A DNA stretch of 61,828 nucleotides, filler included. It is 4 parts of 4 records of this genome, joined end to end, with 100 filler letters (N's around TTAATTAATTAA, not from the genome) between each part and the next. Parts side by side here need not be neighbours in the genome. Positions count along the whole stretch, not along the records: positions 37,443 to 54,069 come from DRR723986_3158; 3 more parts are not named here. The stretch is one strand, 5' to 3'. The notes below the pieces were generated by a model that searched no databases, was not told the origin of the DNA, and saw nothing but the letters and a program-made list of their open reading frames with translations. This document shows, piece after piece, positions 42,399 through 51,455 of the stretch. Positions within the stretch are counted from its first letter, which is position 1; each line of letters starts with the position of its first letter. The translations under genes were made by a program, and so were the position numbers.

Positions 42399-42414
42399 TG
42401 GCACGCGCCCTGCT
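42399..42414 (+). promoter_or_regulatory. Sigma-54 (-24/-12) promoter of the PAS gene
   Basis: TGGCACGcgccCTGCT: GG at 42400-42401 and GC at 42412-42413 with exact 10-nt spacing; one mismatch to TGGCACG-N4-TTGCW. Confidence 0.75.
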
Positions 42415-42519
42415 TTGTAAAGGTCAAAAACCAACAGGGAAGCATTTTCGTCCCGTTTTGAAACAAGAACTGTCTTGAGACGAAACACCGGGCGCAAGAA
42501 TGGCAAAGAGGCGAACCAG

Positions 42520-43167
42520 ATGAAACACGGCGTAACGCAAACTCTTTACAACTACTGGGACAATCTTCGCGGCGCCCGTCCTGCACCGAACCGCAGCGAA
42601 GTCGATCCGGGTGAGATCCGCGGTCTTCTTGGTGACACCTTCATTCTGGAGACGAACGGTTCCAGGGACGTGCGCTATCGCCTCGCCGGTACACGTCTGT
42701 GTTCCGCCCATTGCCGGGAACTCAAGGGCCGCAACTTCCTTCGCGGCTGGAGCGTGAAAGACCGTGAAGCCCTGGAAAGCCTGATCGCTGCCATCACCGA
42801 AGATGCGGCCGCGGCCGTGATCGGCATCAACGGCCATACGGAACGCGGACAGATCCTGCAGATGGAAATGCTGCTGGTACCGCTGAATGTTCCAGGTGAA
42901 GGCAGGATCCGTGTCCTGGGAAGCTGCACTCCGATGGAAAAACCCTATTGGATCGGCCTGCATCCCATTTTGAGCCAGTCGATCAGCAGCCTGCGCCTGG
43001 TCTGGCCGGACGAGCGTCCCTATTTCGTGGATTCCCCTGCTTCCACGCTCAACCCGATCCTGCCGCGTTTTACCGCCGAGGGCATCGCCATGCCGACACC
43101 GCCCCTGCCGAGCGGTGCGGAGCGCAAGGTCGGACATCTGACCGTCTATTCCGGCGGCAAGTCCTGA
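42520..43167 (+). CDS. PAS domain protein (PAS_5/DUF1457 type)
   Basis: LYNYWDNLRG, PNRSEVDP, DTFILE, YRLAGTRLC and EMLLVPL. Confidence 0.88.
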   Translation: MKHGVTQTLYNYWDNLRGARPAPNRSEVDPGEIRGLLGDTFILETNGSRDVRYRLAGTRLCSAHCRELKGRNFLRGWSVKDREALESLIAAITEDAAAAVIGINGHTERGQILQMEMLLVPLNVPGEGRIRVLGSCTPMEKPYWIGLHPILSQSISSLRLVWPDERPYFVDSPASTLNPILPRFTAEGIAMPTPPLPSGAERKVGHLTVYSGGKS

Positions 43168-43535
43168 CCCGCACAACATAGCAAGTCTGGTAACATCCCT
43201 GTTCACCTGCGAAATCGGGCCGGCCGAGAATCAGCTGGCCCGAATTCATGTTCGGCACCGGCTGGTTTGCAGCCTCTATTCAGCTGAAAAGAAGTCCTTC
43301 CTTCCGGATTTTTACTCTCGCGTTATTGTACTTTCTCGCCAGAGAGCGCTCGAATTCCGAACATCACGGCCATACCCGCATTTTTATCGATCACAAGTCT
43401 GGACCTGCGCCCCATCTGAGCTACACTCTTACACATCGTTAACCCCAGCTACCTAAAGTGCTTTGAAAGACGTCTTTTGAATCGCATCTCAGCCGGGGAC
43501 AATGCGATTTGCGCACCGTTTTGGATAGAACAGGC

Positions 43536-44171
43536 ATGAGCGCCGGAGTGGCAACAGCAACAGAAGGAAGCAGATCGCTTCAAGTCACTGACCGCCGGCG
43601 CCATCAACGGGTCCAGGTCAATATACTGGGCCGCTTCATGCTTGAAGATCGGCGCGAATATCCTTGTCAGGTTATCGACATGTCGCCTGGCGGCATGGCC
43701 ATGATTACACCGGTCACCGGCAGGGTTGGCGAACGCGTGATTGCCTATCTTGACCACCTGAGCCGCGTCGAAGGCAGGATTTCCCGCCTGATCGATGGTG
43801 GCTTTGCGGTTGAACTGCGCAATACGGTCCGCAAACGCGACAAGATCGCCAATGTTTTGACGTGGCTTGCGAACCGGGACGAACTCAATCTTCCCGAAGA
43901 CCGCCGCCACGACCGCTTCGTGCCCAAAAACCCGATGACGAAGATGATCCTGCCGGACGGTTCGGAACATGTCTGCCGCATCATCGACGTATCCCTGTCC
44001 GGCGCGGCCATCGCCACGGACATCGTCCCGGAGATGGGCGACGCCATCACGCTCGGCAAGATGCATGCACGTGTCATTCGTCGCATCGAAGGTGGCATAG
44101 CCGTCGAATTTGCTGCTGTTCAAAGCCGCGAATTGCTGGAACATCACATATCGGCACCAGAGGAAAGCTGA
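43536..44171 (+). CDS. Tandem PilZ-domain protein
   Basis: Two RxxxR + DxSxxG pairs: RRHQR/DMSPGG and RRHDR/DVSLSG. Confidence 0.9.
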   Translation: MSAGVATATEGSRSLQVTDRRRHQRVQVNILGRFMLEDRREYPCQVIDMSPGGMAMITPVTGRVGERVIAYLDHLSRVEGRISRLIDGGFAVELRNTVRKRDKIANVLTWLANRDELNLPEDRRHDRFVPKNPMTKMILPDGSEHVCRIIDVSLSGAAIATDIVPEMGDAITLGKMHARVIRRIEGGIAVEFAAVQSRELLEHHISAPEES

Positions 44172-44215
44172 CTTTAGCTTTCTCATCAATCGCAAGTGCT
44201 TAGAACCCTTCAGAC

Positions 44216-44241
44216 AGGCCCGGCTTTTTGCCGGGTCTTTT
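44216..44241 (+). terminator. Terminator after the PilZ gene
   Basis: AGGCCCGGC-ttttt-GCCGGGTCT-TTT. Confidence 0.65.
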
Positions 44242-44611
44242 CGTTTCTGCGCAATTTTCCGGGTAGTCGCGTTTCTTTTCTGGTGGCCAGATCCAAAAAA
44301 ATCAAAAAACTTTCATGCCCTTTTCTCACCCTCGAGGACGGGCACAAGGCCCGCTCCAGACCGAAAACCAGGCGATTGAAAACCGATTTCGCACCACTCG
44401 AAAAACACCAATTTCTCGCTAATTCAATGACTTCTGGAGGATGCATCAAATTTTACGAAAATTTTCCTCCAACTTGAATTAAAGTAAATTCAAATAACGA
44501 TAAAAATAAACTCAAACACACATAAAATACAAATACAGTTTTACTTTGGAGATTTTCTCCAAGTAAAAATCATTGAGTCATCGTTGCGTCAGCCTTGGGG
44601 AGGGCGTTACG

Positions 44612-45226
44612 ATGAAATTACTTCACAGAACTCTACTCGCATCTGCAATGTTGCTGTCTTGCACCGTCATGGGATCGGTTGCACAGGCAGAACCCGGCCG
44701 CTTCATGGACATGCAAATGGTTGTCAAGGCACCCGTCGGCTATGACCAGTTCTGCCGTGACAACGTCTCGGCTTGTCCGAAGGAAACATACAAGCCGGTT
44801 GTCGTGAAGCTGGACGAAGCGCGCTGGAACGAACTCATTGCAATCAACAAGGAAGTCAATCGCCGGATTCATCCTATGACCGACCAGGACCTGTTCGGCC
44901 AGGAAGAATACTGGACCTATCCGGTAAACGGATACGGTGACTGCGAAGAATACGTCCTTGAAAAGCAGCGGGTCCTGATAGAAGCCGGCTGGCCGAAGAG
45001 CGCCCTTCTGATCACTGTTGCAAAAGATACCCAGAACTCGGGTCATGCCGTTCTGACGGTACGTACGGACCATGGCGACATGATCCTCGACAACCAGATC
45101 GAGGCGGTGCTGCCCTGGTATTCGACACCCTACCGTTACATCAAGCGTCAGTCCGCCAGCTCGCCCGTGCAGTGGACAGGTATTGCAGACACGCGCGTGA
45201 CGACTGTCAGTAGCGTGTCCAACTAG
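44612..45226 (+). CDS. Periplasmic transglutaminase-like cysteine peptidase (BTLCP, peptidase C93, LapG-like)
   Basis: Signal peptide; Cys-His-Asp triad in GDCEEY, HAVL and ILDN. Confidence 0.93.
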   Translation: MKLLHRTLLASAMLLSCTVMGSVAQAEPGRFMDMQMVVKAPVGYDQFCRDNVSACPKETYKPVVVKLDEARWNELIAINKEVNRRIHPMTDQDLFGQEEYWTYPVNGYGDCEEYVLEKQRVLIEAGWPKSALLITVAKDTQNSGHAVLTVRTDHGDMILDNQIEAVLPWYSTPYRYIKRQSASSPVQWTGIADTRVTTVSSVSN

Positions 45227-45239
45227 GATTGGGATTGGT

Positions 45240-45351
45240 CCGGCTTCAGCCGGCCTCTAGGACGATCCGGTCGCGTCCCCACCCTCCCCATCCCTACCAC
45301 GACCGGGTCCAGGGAACCGGCCCGCCCCCCGCAGGCCGGTTCCCGCCTTTT
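45240..45351 (+). ncRNA. Structured C-rich 3'-UTR element / putative 3'-derived sRNA
   Basis: Hairpin 45264-45309 with a 26-nt C-rich loop, then terminator-like hairpin GGGAACCGGCC-cgccccccgca-GGCCGGTTCCC (45312-45344) followed by GCCTTTT. Confidence 0.55.
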
Positions 45352-45401
45352 CAGGCCCAGCTCATTCGGGATCGGGTCGAAGGGGTCAAGATCAAAGCGG
45401 G

Positions 45402-45929
45402 TCAGAGTTCCCGCAGGCCGGCCTTGAAGCGGCGCCAGTTGCGCACATATCCGTCGGCGGAATTCGCAATCCCGTTCGCCGCTTCCAGCGGCAACGTTTT
45501 CACGACCTTTCCTGGCACGCCCACCACAAGAGAATTGTCCGGAATTTCCTTGCCTTCGGCAATAAGGGCATTGGCACCAATGATACAGTTGGAGCCGATG
45601 ACAGCGCCGTTCAGAATTGTCGCGCCCATGCCCACCAGCGAATTGTCCTTGATCGTACAGCCATGCAGGATTGCCTTGTGGCCGATCGTGCAGTTGGCGC
45701 CGATGGTCAGCGGGTAACCCACGTCCGTATGAAAGACGCAGCCGTCCTGGACGTTGGAGCGCATGCCGACGGTAATCGGCTCGTTATCACCACGCAGGAC
45801 CGCGTTGAACCAGACGCTTGCGGCTTCCTGCAGAATGATATCGCCAATCAGCGTCGCATTCGGTGCGATCCAGTATTCTCCGTTTTCCGGAAAAACGGGC
45901 GTACGTCCATCAAGAGCAAAGACCGGCAT
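45402..45929 (-). CDS. Gamma carbonic anhydrase family protein (YrdA-like)
   Basis: [27 protein letters not shown] and hexapeptide repeats. Confidence 0.93.
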   Translation of the reverse strand: MPVFALDGRTPVFPENGEYWIAPNATLIGDIILQEAASVWFNAVLRGDNEPITVGMRSNVQDGCVFHTDVGYPLTIGANCTIGHKAILHGCTIKDNSLVGMGATILNGAVIGSNCIIGANALIAEGKEIPDNSLVVGVPGKVVKTLPLEAANGIANSADGYVRNWRRFKAGLREL

Positions 45930-45935
45930 GAGACC

Positions 45936-46262
45936 TCAGGTGTAACCAATCATGATCAGGGCAACGTTGATCACCATAACACCGGAACACATGCTCCACA
46001 TGCCGGCAATCGTCGAAGACGCGACCAGCCAACCCAACGGCCGCTTTTCGATCCTGCGTCCGCGAATGGCATTGCGCATGATGATGAAGGGTCCAGCGAA
46101 CACGCAGACAAAAACGCCGGCGATAAACGACAGGATGCCCTCTCCGTCAAAGGCGAACTTCGGCGGCTGCTTCGTGATCAGCTGATAAAGGCTGCCCAGC
46201 ACACCGGACGCAACAAATCCGGCGCATGCGATATATCCAACGATTAGAAGATTGAACAGCAC
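45936..46262 (-). CDS. Small three-TM membrane protein (DUF6949-like)
   Basis: GSLYQLIT...FAGPFIIMRNA...WSMCSG pattern; family name is recalled, not searched. Confidence 0.7.
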   Translation of the reverse strand: MLFNLLIVGYIACAGFVASGVLGSLYQLITKQPPKFAFDGEGILSFIAGVFVCVFAGPFIIMRNAIRGRRIEKRPLGWLVASSTIAGMWSMCSGVMVINVALIMIGYT

Positions 46263-46266
46263 GCCC

Positions 46267-46283
46267 GTTAACCCCTTGTTAAC
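46267..46283. promoter_or_regulatory. Perfect CtrA box (TTAA-N7-TTAAC on both strands)
   Basis: GTTAAccccttgTTAAC; a second near-consensus site, TTAAgaattcgTAAA, lies at 46303-46317. Confidence 0.75.
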
Positions 46284-46445
46284 TCTTTCGCACGGAAAGT
46301 GATTAAGAATTCGTAAAGGGTCAAGAGCAAAGACTGTGCCGAAACGGCAAATGAGCGAAATCCCCTCAATTGAGCCACTTCGAGCAGTATCAACGCCTTC
46401 CCCAAGCGGGACACCTGTGCCGTTTCAGGACAACCTGTCCCATAT

Positions 46446-47174
46446 ATGTGCACAGCCAATCAAGGGACTGAAGTCGTGATACCTGTCTCCTTGCCAGGCC
46501 CGATCAGAACCGATCCCCGCCACTTCACCTGGCTGGCGTTGGCAATGTGTGTATTGGGCACGGCTCATGTTGGCGGGAAGATCTACTCCTGGTCATCCGG
46601 TTGGCCGATGGAGGCAGGCATCAGACAGGACCAGCCCGTCCGCTTTGCGGTTGGCACGACCCGCTTTGAGCTTCCCCTGAACATGATCGCGACGGCTTCG
46701 CAGAAACGGCAGGCCCTTGGTTCCGAAGCCGCGTTTGAAACACTTCGCCTGAACCTGCACTGGTCTTCCAGTGCCACGAAGAACAGCGATGCCGGATGGG
46801 ACACCCCTGCGACGATCCAGGTTGACCTTGAGAGCAATCCCGGCCGGGAGAGCCTGCGGGCAAGGCTTGATCCGTTCTACAGGCGTCTTGCACGCGGCGG
46901 CGAGATGAAGGGGCCTTCTGGACTGAAGGTGCTGAAATTGTCGGCGCGTGGCGCGCCTGCGACGGATCTCATCGTCTACGATCCAACCGTTCAAAACGGC
47001 TTCATCGCACGATGCCGCAAAGACAGCACTTCCGGAAAAGCCGGTTGCCACCGCGCCATCGTGTTCGCCTCGGGTCTGGAGCTGCGCTACAGCTTCGATC
47101 AATCGCTGCTGCCGGACTGGCGCCGTCTCGACGGCGACATCGTTGCCAGCATCGAAGGTTACCGGATGCAATGA
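46446..47174 (+). CDS. Hypothetical membrane-anchored periplasmic protein
   Basis: One N-terminal TM helix and a C-terminal FIARC...CHR...LRYSF segment; start uncertain. Confidence 0.7.
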   Translation: MCTANQGTEVVIPVSLPGPIRTDPRHFTWLALAMCVLGTAHVGGKIYSWSSGWPMEAGIRQDQPVRFAVGTTRFELPLNMIATASQKRQALGSEAAFETLRLNLHWSSSATKNSDAGWDTPATIQVDLESNPGRESLRARLDPFYRRLARGGEMKGPSGLKVLKLSARGAPATDLIVYDPTVQNGFIARCRKDSTSGKAGCHRAIVFASGLELRYSFDQSLLPDWRRLDGDIVASIEGYRMQ

Positions 47175-47201
47175 CCTGACTTGAGCGGATGGCGGAGAAA
47201 T

Positions 47202-47235
47202 GAAAAAGGCGACTCACCAGAGGAGCCGCCTTTTC
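47202..47235. terminator. Bidirectional terminator
   Basis: GAAAAAGGCGACTC-accagag-GAGCCGCCTTTTC between convergent genes. Confidence 0.7.
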
Positions 47236-47260
47236 ACGTTACGATCGAAAAGTCTGAAAC

Positions 47261-47476
47261 TCAGACTTCGTCCAGATCAATTTCAAGGATTGCCATCTGG
47301 AAGTTCCAGCTCAGATCTTCATCCTCATCGTCCCGGAAGATGACACCGATGAATTCATCGCCGATGTAAACTTCAGCAGAGTCGTCCTTGCGCGGGCGGG
47401 CCTGCACCTTGATGGTCTTGTTCTCGAACTTCGAACGCAGATAGGCTTCGATCTTTCGGATTTCATCGGGTTTCAC
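47261..47476 (-). CDS. DUF3126 family protein
   Basis: DDSAEVYIGDEFIGV and SWNFQMAILEIDL; GTG start after a GGAG RBS. Confidence 0.88.
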   Translation of the reverse strand: MKPDEIRKIEAYLRSKFENKTIKVQARPRKDDSAEVYIGDEFIGVIFRDDEDEDLSWNFQMAILEIDLDEV

Positions 47477-47588
47477 GGCGCTCTCCTGTTCTTTGCCTTC
47501 AGCATCAATCTGGCGCGGACCCTACAGGAGCCAACGGAAATGCCAAAGCCTTTCCGCAAGCTTTCCCCGTCTTCCTGAAACCGGAATT

Positions 47589-48425
47589 TCAATTCGTCTG
47601 GCCGGCGTCTTCACCGAGCAGCTGATTCATGCTGCGGGCCGGTTCTGCGCACCCTGCCTTGCCGACGATCTTGGCCGGAACCCCGGCAACCGTCGTGTTT
47701 GCAGGCACGTCCTGAAGCACCACGGACCCCGACGCAATGCGCGAGCAATGTCCGATTTCCAGGTTGCCGAGCACCTTGGCTCCCGCCCCCAGCAAGACAC
47801 CGCGGCGGATCTTCGGATGGCGGTCACCATCTTCCTTGCCGGTGCCGCCAAGGGTGACGCCCTGCAGGATCGAGACATCGTCCTCGATCACCGCGGTTCC
47901 GCCAACAACAATGCCGGTACCGTGGTCGATGAAGATACCGCGCCCGACAGGAACTGCCGGATGGATGTCGATCTGAAAAACTTCCGAGCTGCGGCTTTGC
48001 AGATAAAGGGCAAAATCCTTCCGGCCACGACGCCACAGCCAGTTTGCCAGCCGGTGCGTCTGCAGGCCATGGAAGCCCTTGAAGTAAAGGACCGGCTCCA
48101 GGAAACGGAAGCATGCCGGATCGCGGTCGAAGACGGCAACGATGTCGACCCGGAAAATCTTGGCCAGCTCCGGCTCGTCTGCCAGGGCTTCAAGATAGGT
48201 TTGCCGGATCAATGATGCGGAAACAATGTCCCGGCCCAGCCGGTCGCCAAGGCGATGAACGACGGCCTCTTCCAGGCTGTCATGGTTCAGAACCGTTTCG
48301 TAGACGAAGGACGACAGGGCCGGCTCTGCCGCGACCATCGCTTGTGCTTCATCCCTCAGTTGATGCCAGACCGGATCATGGGTCGGAACTTCTTTCAAAC
48401 CGGTCTTGCTGATCGGTGCCGACAT
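47589..48425 (-). CDS. cysE: Serine O-acetyltransferase
   Basis: RDPAC, YFKGFH, DIHPA, IDHGTG and TLGGTGKEDGDRHPK. Confidence 0.97.
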   Translation of the reverse strand: MSAPISKTGLKEVPTHDPVWHQLRDEAQAMVAAEPALSSFVYETVLNHDSLEEAVVHRLGDRLGRDIVSASLIRQTYLEALADEPELAKIFRVDIVAVFDRDPACFRFLEPVLYFKGFHGLQTHRLANWLWRRGRKDFALYLQSRSSEVFQIDIHPAVPVGRGIFIDHGTGIVVGGTAVIEDDVSILQGVTLGGTGKEDGDRHPKIRRGVLLGAGAKVLGNLEIGHCSRIASGSVVLQDVPANTTVAGVPAKIVGKAGCAEPARSMNQLLGEDAGQTN

Positions 48426-48591
48426 GGCCTGTCTCCTTTTCAAGCCGTCACGAGTGGTCCTTAAAATAGGACTGTCGTCTGATATTCCCAAATCAAACTT
48501 CCTGATATCAGATATGACCGTTTCGAATGAACCCCGATACCTGAAGATTTTCAGCATCTTGCTAACTGAAATCGCAATTTGAGGTTAAATC

Positions 48592-49404
48592 ATGCCAACA
48601 CAAACGTCCCAATCAGCCCCTTCCGGCAACCCGATGGTGATCCGCAACGGTCAGATTGCAGAGCTTGTGTTGAATGCGCCCGACAGAAAAAACGCGCTGC
48701 CTCTTGCGGCATGGCAGGCAATTCCTGGTCTTCTGGCAGAACTGGCACGGGATCCGGACCTGCGCGTCTGCATCGTGCGCGGTGCCGGTGGCAAGAGCTT
48801 TTGCGCGGGCGCTGACATATCGGAATTCGAAGCAATCCGCTCTACGCCGGAAGCCGCCAAGAGATACGATGACATAAATGTTGCCGCCTTCAAGGCGCTT
48901 AAGGCGCTGCCTGTCCCGGTCATTGCGGCAATTGAAGGCCCCTGCCTTGGCGGCGGCCTGGGCCTTGCGCTCGCCTGCGATCTGCGCATTGCAGCTCGTT
49001 CGGCCTTTTTCGCCATTCCTGCAGCGAGACTCGGTCTTGCCTATCCGCCCGAAGCGCTCGGGGATCTGCTGGAGGCCGTTTCACCATCCAACGCCAAGAG
49101 ATTGCTGTTTTCGGCCGAGCGCCTGACGGCCGAAAAGGCTCTGGACATGGGCCTTGTCAATGAAGTGGTGGATGACAGGGATCTGAACCAGCACATCAAC
49201 GCGCTGAGCAAGGCACTCTGCGCCAATGCGCCCTTGTCACTGAAGGCAGCCAAGCAAGCCATCAATCGCCTCGCCCAGCCCGGCAGTCAGGCGGACGCAA
49301 CGGCTGACCTTGCAAATGCGCAGGTCTGTATCGACAGTGCCGACTACCGCGAAGGCTGCAGGGCCTTTCTGGAAAAGAGATCGCCGGTGTTCACTGGCGT
49401 CTGA
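48592..49404 (+). CDS. Enoyl-CoA hydratase/isomerase family protein
   Basis: FCAGADISEF, CLGGGLGLALACDLR and AFLEKRSPVF. Confidence 0.93.
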   Translation: MPTQTSQSAPSGNPMVIRNGQIAELVLNAPDRKNALPLAAWQAIPGLLAELARDPDLRVCIVRGAGGKSFCAGADISEFEAIRSTPEAAKRYDDINVAAFKALKALPVPVIAAIEGPCLGGGLGLALACDLRIAARSAFFAIPAARLGLAYPPEALGDLLEAVSPSNAKRLLFSAERLTAEKALDMGLVNEVVDDRDLNQHINALSKALCANAPLSLKAAKQAINRLAQPGSQADATADLANAQVCIDSADYREGCRAFLEKRSPVFTGV

Positions 49405-49535
49405 CAAGATCGCAAGCCAAGCTCCGAAGCTGAATCAACCTCTCAACCACTTCTGCCAGCAAGTTGAAACGACTCCCGTTTTCACTTCACAGCGAACACC
49501 CGAACACGTCACGACGACTTGTCGGCAAACCTGCC

Positions 49536-50420
49536 TCAGGCCATCGCGGCATCGGTTTTGAGTGCGATCAGGAAGTCCTCTACCGCCCCAGCAAAAACGT
49601 CATTGCGATCACCGGCAACCATGTGTCCGGCATCACGGATATCGGTGAATTTCGAGTGAGGCACCAGCGCCTGAAACTCGCGAACATGGTCCATGGACAC
49701 CAATTCGGAGTTCTGCCCCCGGATCAGGAGAACAGGCACGGAAAGATTGCCCGCCGCAGCCAGCATGCGCTCTTGCGACTCCACCGCCCTGTCTTCGTCC
49801 TGATGATGCTTTGACTTCAGGAAAGCCGGGTCCCAATGCCAGCGGTAGCGGCCATCTGCATGGAGGCGAAGGTTCTTTGAGAGGCCGGACAGGTCCTTGG
49901 GCCGCGAGCGGTTGGGCAGATAGCGGGCGATCGCATCAGCGGCCTCTTCCACATCGGCAAAGCCGTCATCGACCCTGTCTCCCATGAAGCCCAGGATCTT
50001 GGCGACACCACCCATGTCGATCCGCGGCGTGATGTCCACCAGAACCAGCGCGGAAAGACCGCCCCTGTTTTCCTGTCCCTCCGCCAGCATACCGGCAAAG
50101 CCGCCAAGCGACGCACCAACGACAACCGGGTTCGCCTTGTGCAAGGCCTCAACCTGACTGGTGACAGCCACGAGATCCCTGGCGAAATCGTCGAATGTAT
50201 AGTTTCCCGAGGCAACCCAATCGCTTTCGCCATGTCCGCGCTGGTCCAGTGAATAGACCGGGTGCCCGAGATCCGCGATCCTGCGTGCAGCACCGTCCCA
50301 GGAGTGCCGGGTTTGCCCGCCGCCGTGGAGCATGATCACAGGTAAGTCCCCTACCCCGTAACGGTCTGCCACCAGACCGTTCTTTTCCGCGCCCTGGAAT
50401 TCAACACGCTTCGGACCCAT
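49536..50420 (-). CDS. Alpha/beta fold hydrolase
   Basis: HGGGQ, DQRGHG, GASLGG nucleophile elbow and AGHMV. Confidence 0.92.
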   Translation of the reverse strand: MGPKRVEFQGAEKNGLVADRYGVGDLPVIMLHGGGQTRHSWDGAARRIADLGHPVYSLDQRGHGESDWVASGNYTFDDFARDLVAVTSQVEALHKANPVVVGASLGGFAGMLAEGQENRGGLSALVLVDITPRIDMGGVAKILGFMGDRVDDGFADVEEAADAIARYLPNRSRPKDLSGLSKNLRLHADGRYRWHWDPAFLKSKHHQDEDRAVESQERMLAAAGNLSVPVLLIRGQNSELVSMDHVREFQALVPHSKFTDIRDAGHMVAGDRNDVFAGAVEDFLIALKTDAAMA

Positions 50421-50485
50421 GCAACCTCCCTCGATACCCGATCAGCACACCACAGCGCGGCTTGCGCCTCCGGTGGCGTCAGGCC

Positions 50486-51241
50486 TTACGCTTCAATGTT
50501 GTTCAGGAACGCCAGAACGCCCTGCTTGTGCACCTTGTCGCCCACCGCAACCATGTGATCGCGGCCCGGGATCTCCAGAACTTCCGCGTGCGGAATCAAG
50601 GCCGCCAGCTTGTGCGGTGACCCGGCGATATCGTCCTTCGTACCGACGGCAATCAACACCGGACGTTCAATGCGCGCGACGTCTTCCTCGCTGATTTTCT
50701 GCCGCGAGGAGCGCATACAGGCCGCCAGCGCCCGGCGATCGGACCCTGTCTGCTCCGCAAAGGCCCTGAAGGCACGTCCAGTGCGATCGGAAATGTCCTG
50801 GATGCGGTCGGTCTCAAGGGCTGTCGCAATCGGCTCCGGATCTCCGATGCCGGAAATCATGCCGTAGCCCAGACCGCTGAAGATCGCGCGGCGCACCCTG
50901 CCCGGGTGATTGAGGGTCAGGAATGCCGAGATTCTTGCGCCCATCGAGTAGCCCATGACATCGGCACGTTCGATATCAAGATGGTCGAGCAGGCGTTTGG
51001 CATCTTCCGCCATCACCGGTGCACCATAAGCTGCCGGGTCGTAGAACTTCTGACTGTCGCCGTGGCCGCGATTGTCGATGGTAATCACGCGCCTGCCGTC
51101 GCCGACCAGCAAATCGACCCAACCTGGATACTGCCAGTTCACCTGCTTGTTGGACGCGAACCCGTGGATCAGCAGGATCGGGTCCCCCTCACCTTTATCC
51201 TCATAGGCGATCCTAACACCATCGAACTCGAACTGAGGCAT
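50486..51241 (-). CDS. Alpha/beta fold hydrolase
   Basis: IHGFAS, DNRGHG, GYSMG and RDHM. Confidence 0.92.
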   Translation of the reverse strand: MPQFEFDGVRIAYEDKGEGDPILLIHGFASNKQVNWQYPGWVDLLVGDGRRVITIDNRGHGDSQKFYDPAAYGAPVMAEDAKRLLDHLDIERADVMGYSMGARISAFLTLNHPGRVRRAIFSGLGYGMISGIGDPEPIATALETDRIQDISDRTGRAFRAFAEQTGSDRRALAACMRSSRQKISEEDVARIERPVLIAVGTKDDIAGSPHKLAALIPHAEVLEIPGRDHMVAVGDKVHKQGVLAFLNNIEA

Positions 51242-51455
51242 CTAAGACATTAACCCTTACGTAAACGGAAAACACAATTTCACGGTAGAGTAAGGGGTTT
51301 GGGCAGCGAAGGTAAAGCCCATTTCCGGCTCCAGGTGGAGCCTTGCTGCGGTTGTGGATCGCAGATTCCGGGTCTACCCATATATTTTACAAATGGATAT
51401 GGTCCGGAAAATTTGCTATCGGGGTCCAACCCTTTAGAGACAGAGGAATTTCAAC

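Noticed and set aside
45229-45717. 162-aa plus-strand ORF after BTLCP
   Set aside because: It runs through the terminator hairpin and antisense to the gamma-CA gene.
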